DNA of 32,000 bases. It comes from Gemmata obscuriglobus (GTDB lineage Bacteria; Planctomycetota; Planctomycetia; Gemmatales; Gemmataceae). The position numbers and the translations under genes are program-made. The DNA lies in NCBI RefSeq assembly GCF_008065095.1, contig NZ_CP042911.1:1950001-1982000 (forward strand), written 5' to 3'. The notes beneath the pieces were generated by a model. It worked only from the letters and a program-made list of their open reading frames with translations. It was not told the DNA's origin and made no database searches. Below, piece after piece: positions 15,765 to 22,298 of the stretch (its first letter is position 1; every line of letters begins with the position of its first letter).

Positions 15765-15776
15765 TGCGAACGATGA
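15765..15776 (-). repeat. isolated half-site TGCGAAC-GATGA at the first-cassette junction (attI/cassette-junction-like)
   Basis: It matches only the core and the first spacer bases of the repeat family. No palindromic partner follows. It lies 21 nt upstream of the cassette H start. Confidence 0.4.
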
Positions 15777-15858
15777 GCCCGTCGGACGGCTGGCCCGGCG
15801 GGTCTAAAACTCTACGCCAGGTCTCGCTTGGCGACAATTGCGAAGTGCCGCACGCCCG

Positions 15859-15897
15859 CCACAGAAGGCCGCGGCCATCGCCCTCGGCCTTCTGTGG
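15859..15897. other. hairpin with a perfect 13-bp stem, abutting a GCCGAACCAG core copy
   Basis: ccacagaaggccg (15859-15871) pairs with cggccttctgtgg (15885-15897). A GCCGAAC core begins at 15897. Confidence 0.6.
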
Positions 15898-15937
15898 CCG
15901 AACCAGTGTTTAGTGCTCGAAGCACCGTGCCCGCATT

Positions 15938-15979
15938 CTCAAGACTGGTAAGAGTCTGTAAGTTCTTACCAGTCTTGAG
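15938..15979. other. perfect 16-bp inverted repeat with a 10-nt loop
   Basis: ctcaagactggtaaga (15938-15953) pairs with tcttaccagtcttgag (15964-15979). Neither strand has a flanking U-tract, so it is not a classical terminator. Confidence 0.6.
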
Positions 15980-16124
15980 CACGAACCGCAAGAGGCTACC
16001 GGGGCAACAGCGCGTCGCGTGAAGGCTGTGTGAAGATTCCTTGCGTGCGGCCGCCGAACCAGCCTCCAGCGCGCCACACCCACTCCGCGCGATCGATCGT
16101 CAGTGCCGGTGCACCGTGCGACAG

Positions 16125-16185
16125 TAAATAATACAAGCGGAAGTGATGTCAATAGTGGCAATTGTCGCAGTCATTTATTATAGCA
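16125..16185 (-). promoter_or_regulatory. AT-rich island with sigma70-like promoter motifs pointing into the cassette array
   Basis: The minus strand carries TGCTATAAT, an extended -10 (16185-16177), and TTGACA-N16-TATTTA (16152-16125). It is the only AT-rich patch between the nrdB stop and cassette H. The Planctomycete promoter consensus is poorly known. Confidence 0.35.
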
Positions 16186-16284
16186 CGGCGGAACGAGATA
16201 CACATCGGGCAGAATCACCGGGGGTCGAGGGCCGTGGCGGCCAGACGGACCTCATCCATGCGTATCACACGCGCCGCCTTAATA

Positions 16285-17283
16285 TCAGAACTCTTCCTCG
16301 AACGCCACGGCGCCGGTTACGCCGAGCTGGTAGGCGGACACCCGGCGTTCGAAGAAGTTGGTCAGCTCCTGCACGTCTTGCAGGTCCATGAAGCCGAACG
16401 GATTCTTAGCCCCGAACACCGGGGCGATGCCGAGCGACTCCAGCCGCCGGTCCGCCACGTACTCCAGGTAGCTGCGCAGGTCCGCCAGCGACAAGCCCGC
16501 GACCCCCTGGCCCAGCACGTCGCGGGCGAATGCGGTCTCACACTCGACCGCCTCGCGCAGCATCGCCACGATCTGCGCTTCCAGTTCCGCGTCGAACAGG
16601 TCCGGCTCCTCGCGCCGCACCGTGTCGATCACCCGGAACGCGAACGCCATGTGCGCGCTCTCGTCCCGGAACACCCAGTTGGTGCCGGTCGCCAGCCCGT
16701 GCAACAGCCCCTTCGAGCGCAGGAAGTACACGTAAGCGAACGCCGCGAAGAAGAACAGCCCCTCGATGCACGCCGCGAAGCACACCAGGTTCAGCAGGAA
16801 CGCGCGGCGGTGCGCCCGGGTTTCCAGCCGGTCCAGCCCCTCGATGGAGTCGATCCACTTGAAGCAGAAATCGGCCTTCAGCTTGATGGACGGGATGTTG
16901 TCCACCGCGGCGAACGCGGCCTCGCGTGCGGCCATGTCCGGCAGGTAGTTGTCGAGCAGCGTGAGGTAAAACTGGACGTGCAGCGCCTCCTCGTAAAGCT
17001 GTCGCGACAGGTACATCCGCGCCTCCGGCGCGTTCACGTGCTTGTACAGGTTCAGCACCAGGTTGTTGCCGACGATCGAATCCCCGGTGGCGAAGAACGC
17101 GACCAGCCGGTGAATCAGGTGCCGCTCGGCGGGCGTCACCCGCCCCCGCAGGTCCGCGAGGTCGGTGGAGAAGTCCACCTCGTCCACGGTCCAGGTGTTC
17201 TTGATCGCGTCCTTGTACATCTCGAAGAACGGCGGGTAGCGCATCGGGCGCAGGGTCAGACTCATTCCGGGATCGAGGAGCAT
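16285..17283 (-). CDS. nrdB: class I ribonucleoside-diphosphate reductase beta subunit (R2)
   Basis: It has the ferritin-like di-iron motifs FFATGDSIV and EEALHVQFY, the latter being ExxH with Tyr at H+4 (the radical position). It also has the EGLFFFAAFA and DESAHMAF segments. A GGAGG lies 7 nt before the ATG at 17283. Confidence 0.9.
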   Translation of the reverse strand: MLLDPGMSLTLRPMRYPPFFEMYKDAIKNTWTVDEVDFSTDLADLRGRVTPAERHLIHRLVAFFATGDSIVGNNLVLNLYKHVNAPEARMYLSRQLYEEALHVQFYLTLLDNYLPDMAAREAAFAAVDNIPSIKLKADFCFKWIDSIEGLDRLETRAHRRAFLLNLVCFAACIEGLFFFAAFAYVYFLRSKGLLHGLATGTNWVFRDESAHMAFAFRVIDTVRREEPDLFDAELEAQIVAMLREAVECETAFARDVLGQGVAGLSLADLRSYLEYVADRRLESLGIAPVFGAKNPFGFMDLQDVQELTNFFERRVSAYQLGVTGAVAFEEEF

Positions 17284-17330
17284 AAAACGGCCTCCGTGCC
17301 GTCGGTGAACCGGGGATTCGCGCCCCGGGT

Positions 17331-17553
17331 GTGGTTGCGTTGACCGAGACTGTCGAACGATGGGCGGATGGATGTGGCTGCGTTTTGGTCCGTGCCGCCC
17401 TCGCGCTTACGAAGACAATTTTTGACAGGATCAACAGGATAGACAGGATGAAGGCAGACAAATTTTAAATCCTGCTGATCCTGTTAATCCTGTCAACAAC
17501 TCTTTAGTTTTCATCAAGCCTTGACGCCGAACACCCTTATCTCGGGCTGGCTG
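17331..17553 (+). repeat. ~223-bp repeat, tandem copy 1 (palindrome arms 17422-17449 / 17469-17496)
   Basis: It aligns along its whole length with 17554-17780. The palindrome core is TTGACAGGATcaACAGGATagACAGGAT ... ATCCTGctgATCCTGTtaATCCTGTCAA. Confidence 0.8.
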
Positions 17554-17810
17554 TGGTTGCGTTAACCGAGACTCTCGAACAGGGGCGGAATGGGCGGATG
17601 GTCGTGGCTGCGTTTTGGTCCGTGCCGCCCTCGTGCTTACGAAGGCAGTTTTTGACAGGATCAACAGGATAAACAGGATGAAGGCAGATGAATTCTAAAT
17701 CCTGTTTATCCTGTTGATCCTGTCAAAATATTCTTGGCTCCTTCAACGAGTTTTGGTGCCACGCCCTCATCTCGGGCCGCCGCGCCAACACGAGCGGGGC
17801 TCATTCCGCC
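17554..17810 (+). repeat. ~223-bp repeat, tandem copy 2 (perfect 28-bp arms 17652-17679 / 17699-17726) plus the shared right flank
   Basis: TTGACAGGATCAACAGGATAAACAGGAT is exactly reverse-complementary to ATCCTGTTTATCCTGTTGATCCTGTCAA. The right flank agcggggctcattccgcc is shared with copy 0 at 7868-7888. Confidence 0.8.
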
Positions 17811-17860
17811 ACGCGTTCTTATGACTTTCGACTTGCTGACTTGAGACTACCGAATGGCCC

Positions 17861-20254
17861 TCACTGGCACGCCTCGCACGCGCCGGGGTTTTCGAGCGAG
17901 CAGGAGACCGCCGACGTGTCGGCCGGCGCGGCGGTCGGCGTCACGGTCGTCTTCGCGATGGCGGTCGCCGGCCGCGAGCGCAGGTAGTACGTGGTCTTGA
18001 GCCCCTTCTTCCACGCGTGCATGTACATCGACGACATCTTGCCGATGGTCGGGCTCTCCAGGAACAGGTTCAGCGACTGGCTCTGGTCGATGAACGGCCC
18101 GCGCTCGGCTGCCATGTCGATGAGCCCCCGCTGCGGCACCTCCCACGCCGTCCGGTACACCGCACGCAGCCCCGCGGGCAGCTCCGAAAGTGACTGAACC
18201 GAGCCGTCGGCGAGCTTGATCTTCGTGCGGACCGCGTCGGTCCACAGCCCGAGCGCCTTGAGATCGTCCACCAGATAGCGGTTCACCTGAAGAAACTCGC
18301 CGGACAGCGTCTCCCGCTTGAACAGGTTCGACACCTGCGGCTCCACGCACTCGTAGGCGCCCACAATCGACGCGATGGTGGCCGTCGGCGCGATCGCGAC
18401 CAGCAGCGAGTTGCGGAGCCCGGTCGTGCGCACCCGCTCCCGCAGCGCCGCCCAGCGGGCCGGGTCGGTCGGCTCCACGCCCCACAGATCGAACTGAAGT
18501 ACACCGGCCGCGGCGCGGGTGCTCGCGAACGACGGGTGCGGCCCCCGCGCCGCCGCCAACTCGCAGGAGGTCGCCAGCGCGTGGTAGTAAATCTCCTCCT
18601 GAATGCGCCGGGACAGCTCGCGCGCGGCGGGGGCGTCGAACGGTAGCTTCAGTTTGAAGAACACGTCCTGAAGCCCCATCACCCCGAGCCCGACCGGACG
18701 CCACCGGGCGTTCGACGCCGCGGCCTCCGGGGTGGGGTAGAAGTTCACGTCCACGACGCGATCGAGGAACCGCACCGCCGTGCGGACCGTCTCGGCCAGC
18801 GCGGCGAAATCGAACCCGTCGCGCGTCACGTGCCGGGCCAGGTTCACCGAACCGAGGTTGCACACCGCGGTCTCACCGGCCGATGTCACCTCGACGATCT
18901 CGGTACACAGGTTGGAACTGTGGACGACCGCGCCCGGCTCGGCGGTCTGGTTGCACGCGCGGTTGCAGGCGTCCTTGAAGGTCATCCACCCGTTGCCGGT
19001 CTCGGCCAGCGTCTTCATCATCCGCGCGTACAGGTCGCGGGCCGGCACCGACTTCACGGCCAGGCCTTTTGCCTCGGCGTCGGTGTAGGCCGCGTCGAAG
19101 GCGGCGCCGAACAGGTCGGTCAGGTGCGGGACGGCTTTCGGGTCGAACAGCGACCACGGCTCGCCCGCCTCGACGCGCCGCATGAACAGGTCCGGCACCC
19201 AGTTGGCGAGGTTCAGGTTGTACGTGCGCCGGGCCGGGTCGCCGGTGTTGTCGCGCAGCTCCAGGAACTCTTCCACGTCCGCGTGCCACGTCTCCAGGTA
19301 CACGCAGCACGCGCCCTTGCGCTTCCCGCCCTGGTTCACCGCCGCCACCGACGAGTCGAGCGTCTTGAGCCACGGGACGATGCCGTTGCTGTGCCCGTTG
19401 GTGCCGCGGATCAGCGACCCGCGCGAGCGGATGCGGTGGTACGCCAGCCCGATCCCGCCGGCAAACTTCGACAACTTCGCAACGTCGGCATACCGGTCGT
19501 AAATGGCTTCGAGGGCATCGGCGGGAGAATCCAGCAGGTAGCACGAGGACATCTGCGGCCGCGCGGTGCCGGAGTTGAACAGCGTCGGGGTGCTGGGCAG
19601 GTAACGGTGCGCGGACATCAGCCGGTAGAGTTCGATCGCGTCCGCGGCGGACTCGGCCAGCCCGCACGCCACCCGCAGGAAGAAGAACGCCGGCGTCTCG
19701 ATGACGTGGCGCGTGTCGGGGTGCCGGAGCAGGTACCGGTCGTACACGGTGCGCAGCCCGAAGTACTCGAACAGGTCCGGCGCGGGCTCGGCGGCGGCGG
19801 CGTTGAGCTTGCGGGCGTTGGCGGCGACGAACGCCATCGTCCCTCCGGCGACCAGCCCGTGCCGGTACCCGGCCGCGATCGACTGCGAGAACGAATGAAC
19901 GTCCTGGTTCGCAACCTCCTTATCGACGTAGGTCGCGAGCAACCGGGCCGCGAGCCGCGAGTACTCCGGCTCCTCCGAAATGAGTCCGGCGGCGGTCTGG
20001 ATCGAGAGGCGGTCGAGTTCGGCGGTGGTGGCCCCGTCGTACAGCCCGCCGATGGTCTTCACCGCGACCCGCATCGGGTCCACGCCGGGGAGCCCGCCGC
20101 TGCACCGCTGCACCGCGCGGACGATCTTGTTCACGTTAACGTCTTCGAGCGCGCCGCTCCGCTTGCGGACCTGCATGAGCGACGGCGAATCGGGGAGCCG
20201 CGGGCGCCCCGCGGGCGGGGGAGTGATTGTGAGGTCGATGGCGGGGGTGGTCAC
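17861..20254 (-). CDS. nrdA: class I ribonucleoside-diphosphate reductase alpha subunit (R1)
   Basis: It contains LYDGATTAELD, PTLFNSGT, SSCYL, NLCTEI (the catalytic Cys/Asn/Glu region) and the C-terminal YYLRS...CxxC tail (CSLENPGACEACQ). The GTG at 20254 lies 6 nt after GGAG. The ATG at 20176 (MQVRKRSG) is an alternative start. The tracked start at 20446 would read through the riboswitch. Confidence 0.9.
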   Translation of the reverse strand: MTTPAIDLTITPPPAGRPRLPDSPSLMQVRKRSGALEDVNVNKIVRAVQRCSGGLPGVDPMRVAVKTIGGLYDGATTAELDRLSIQTAAGLISEEPEYSRLAARLLATYVDKEVANQDVHSFSQSIAAGYRHGLVAGGTMAFVAANARKLNAAAAEPAPDLFEYFGLRTVYDRYLLRHPDTRHVIETPAFFFLRVACGLAESAADAIELYRLMSAHRYLPSTPTLFNSGTARPQMSSCYLLDSPADALEAIYDRYADVAKLSKFAGGIGLAYHRIRSRGSLIRGTNGHSNGIVPWLKTLDSSVAAVNQGGKRKGACCVYLETWHADVEEFLELRDNTGDPARRTYNLNLANWVPDLFMRRVEAGEPWSLFDPKAVPHLTDLFGAAFDAAYTDAEAKGLAVKSVPARDLYARMMKTLAETGNGWMTFKDACNRACNQTAEPGAVVHSSNLCTEIVEVTSAGETAVCNLGSVNLARHVTRDGFDFAALAETVRTAVRFLDRVVDVNFYPTPEAAASNARWRPVGLGVMGLQDVFFKLKLPFDAPAARELSRRIQEEIYYHALATSCELAAARGPHPSFASTRAAAGVLQFDLWGVEPTDPARWAALRERVRTTGLRNSLLVAIAPTATIASIVGAYECVEPQVSNLFKRETLSGEFLQVNRYLVDDLKALGLWTDAVRTKIKLADGSVQSLSELPAGLRAVYRTAWEVPQRGLIDMAAERGPFIDQSQSLNLFLESPTIGKMSSMYMHAWKKGLKTTYYLRSRPATAIAKTTVTPTAAPADTSAVSCSLENPGACEACQ

Positions 20255-20255
20255 G

Positions 20256-20294
20256 GCTCTCTCCCGGTGAACGCGGTGCGCGCGGGGAAAGAGC
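20256..20294 (-). promoter_or_regulatory. possible Shine-Dalgarno-sequestering helix (riboswitch expression platform)
   Basis: The RNA segment GCUCUUUCCCC (20294-20284) can pair with GGGAGAGAGC (20265-20256). That target includes the nrdA ribosome-binding site. The loop is 18 nt. Confidence 0.35.
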
Positions 20295-20394
20295 ACAGGC
20301 GGATGGGTACGTGCGCGAGCGCACGTGTGCCGGCCGCCCGCCGCCTTCCCCTCGAAGGCACGGGTGTGTCCGCGCGGCGCAGGGTGTGCGCGGC

Positions 20395-20590
20395 GCGGGT
20401 CGGCGGCAGGTCTTCGGACTTCGGGCGGGTGCGGCGAACCGCACACCTACTGGCCGTCGCTTCCCGGCCCACCTGGGCCAGTGCGTGTGACGGCGGTCGT
20501 TCCCGTTACCGCTGCGTGGGGCAGTCCCGGATTTCCACCGGGTTCCCTTTTAGTCAGCCGCGCGAGGCGCGGCCGAACCGACGACAATCA
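20395..20590 (-). promoter_or_regulatory. cobalamin (AdoCbl/B12) riboswitch in the nrdA leader
   Basis: The minus strand reads AAAAGGGAACCCGGUGGAAAUCCGGGACUGCCCCACGCAGCGGUAACGGGAA...CACUGGCCCAGGUGGGCCGGGAAG...GAAGUCCGAAGACCUGCCGCC. This covers the conserved core (AGGGAA-CCGGUG-AAAUCCGG-ACUG-CCC...GUAA), the CACUGG...GGGAAG pairing elements and a B12 box (AGUCCGAAGACCUGCC). Confidence 0.8.
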
Positions 20591-21092
20591 CCATCATCGG
20601 CGTTCCGCGCTGCCGGCCGCAACCAAATCCGCGCGCCGGGGCAAACGGGGCGCCGCGGGTACGGGGCAGGCAAGCCATGCGCGTTACGCGGGTTGGAACC
20701 GGTTGCGGCGCTGTAACGGGGGTTACAGCGCCACGTCAGCGACCCGACTGGACATCCGCTACCCATTCGCTGGTCGTTCGGTGGCAGTTCGCTGGGGCAC
20801 AGCTACCACCGAATCCCACACCCCCAAGCACAGGAGCGGGGCACCGAGACGACAGAGTTCGAACGCGGTAATTGGGACTCAATGCGTTCAATTCAAACGA
20901 GTTGCGGCGAATTTTATGTGCAGGCGAGTTCGCTTTTCGGGCACGAATGCGGTGCCGACCGCTTGCCCGGAACCGGTCGCGGGGAGTGGAAAACTTCTGG
21001 AAGCTCTAAATGGGGGAAATGCGGTGGGGAAATGCCCGATGTGCCGAACGCGCGACCCGCGGCAACGCAGCGAACGGCACCGGTACAGCGGG

Positions 21093-22034
21093 TCAATTAT
21101 CCGGTGCGTCGTCCGGATCGTCGTCCGGGTCGTCGTCGAGTTCGATGAACCCCATCGACGTGTGCGGCGGGCGCGGGGCCTCGGGCCGCAGGTCCGGCAG
21201 GTCCTCGGTCGGCCCGCGCGCCGGGGCACCGGACGGGGACCGCAGCAGCAGCGCCGGCGCCGCCAGGGCCATCATGAACACGCCCGACCCCGCCACCACC
21301 CAGCCCACCAGGCGCTTCAACTTCGCCGGGGACAGCTTCCCGGTCTTCCGGGCGCCGAAGTAGCTGCCGAGGATGGTCGGCGGGCCGACGATCAGCAGGC
21401 TCAGCGGGTGCAACCCGCCGCCGGCGCCCCACGCGGTGATCGCGGCGGCCACCGCCGTCGCGCACCCGATCACCATGTTGCTCCCCACCGCTACGGCGGG
21501 GTCGATGCGCAGCCACCGGATCATCATCGGCAGCCGGATCGTCCCGAGCATCAGCCCCGTGATCGCGGCCACCGCACCCAGAATGAGGCCGATGACGATC
21601 TCCCACACGGCCAGCCACCGGCCCGGTTTCCCGGCCGGGGCCGCCGCCCCTTTCTCTTCCTTGCGGCCGGCGCGGACCAGTTCCCCGCCCGAGTAGACGA
21701 GCATGGCCCCGATCACGACGTGCGACCACACCGGGCTGACGGACACGAAGAACAGCACCCCGGTCACCGCCCCGATCATGGACGGCAGGCCCATCATCAG
21801 CAGCACCTTGCCCGACACGCGGCCGTCGCGGACGTGCTTCAGCGACCCGGCCAGCGCCCCGGCCCCGGACACGGCCAAGTTCGTGGACGCTCCGGCGATC
21901 GGGTTCCCCAGCACGTACACCAGAAGCGGCAGGCGCAGGTGGCCGAGGATCAGCCCCGCCGCGGCGCCCACGTAACTCAGCACGAACGAAATCACCCCGG
22001 TCCCGACCAGCAACAGTACGCGCTCGGTTTCCAC
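21093..22034 (-). CDS. TauE/SafE (DUF81) family sulfite/anion exporter-type membrane protein
   Basis: It is polytopic and hydrophobic, with the internal duplication typical of the family (LGxLRLPLL... / LGTIRLPMMI...). The C-terminal tail is acidic (DDDPDDDPDDAPDN). Confidence 0.75.
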   Translation of the reverse strand: METERVLLLVGTGVISFVLSYVGAAAGLILGHLRLPLLVYVLGNPIAGASTNLAVSGAGALAGSLKHVRDGRVSGKVLLMMGLPSMIGAVTGVLFFVSVSPVWSHVVIGAMLVYSGGELVRAGRKEEKGAAAPAGKPGRWLAVWEIVIGLILGAVAAITGLMLGTIRLPMMIRWLRIDPAVAVGSNMVIGCATAVAAAITAWGAGGGLHPLSLLIVGPPTILGSYFGARKTGKLSPAKLKRLVGWVVAGSGVFMMALAAPALLLRSPSGAPARGPTEDLPDLRPEAPRPPHTSMGFIELDDDPDDDPDDAPDN

Positions 22035-22298
22035 CCGCCCCTCCTGAACGGTCGCACGGCAGCCCGGTGCATTCTAGGGCGCGTGCCGCCGCCAAGTTGG
22101 CCTACCCAACGGCCGCGCGGTCGCGGTACAGTCCCTCCCGATTTGTTGGGGCGCGAACTCCCCCGCCGCCGTTACACCGGGGCGTGCCATCAGCCGTGTA
22201 CCGCCGGGCCAGGACCGGGCGCCGCGAACCGTTCGCGCACGGCCACGCGCCGGGCGACTTCGCACCCCTTATGCCGCGTACCAAAGGAGCGAACCCGC

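Larger units (their letters stand above)
11137..15776 (-). mobile_element. integron-like gene-cassette array: 8 cassettes delimited by attC-like repeats, with no integrase in the window (CALIN-like)
   Basis: Eight palindromic repeats of about 80-95 bp, plus one half-core junction, are spaced about 420-735 bp apart. Each interval holds one minus-strand ORF. See the individual repeat and CDS features. Confidence 0.65.

Noticed and set aside
15772-16284. I searched for an integron integrase or other tyrosine recombinase next to the array.
   Set aside because: No ORF of adequate length and no recombinase motif exists between cassette H and nrdB, or anywhere else in the window. I therefore make no integrase call. 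It may lie elsewhere in the genome or be absent.
16538-17664. Minus-strand ORFs run through the palindromic repeats (for example MSAFILSILLILSKIVFVSARAARTKTQP..., 17431-17664).
   Set aside because: The LILSK-type peptides are translations of the ATCCTGT heptad arms. They are duplicated only because the DNA repeat is duplicated, and the compensatory arm changes argue for structure, not coding.
20255-20446. A longer nrdA start at 20446 (MCGSPHPPEV...) is tracked.
   Set aside because: It would translate the riboswitch expression platform. The extension is Arg/Pro-rich and has no ribosome-binding site. The GTG at 20254 has a GGAG at the proper spacing.
18830-20716. A 628-aa plus-strand ORF lies opposite nrdA. 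Similar long ORFs lie opposite the DUF4394 genes (23737-24951, 23904-25514, 26910-29012) and opposite the coiled-coil gene (22190-23614, 22269-23630).
   Set aside because: These are antisense or shadow ORFs with low-complexity R/G/P/A composition. The partner strands encode proteins with clear family signatures.
20325-22298. The 1107-aa tracked ORF has an N-terminal 658-codon extension.
   Set aside because: The extension runs antisense through the TauE/SafE gene and through the nrdA leader and riboswitch. A GTG with an AGGAG ribosome-binding site at 22299 gives a coherent membrane/coiled-coil protein.
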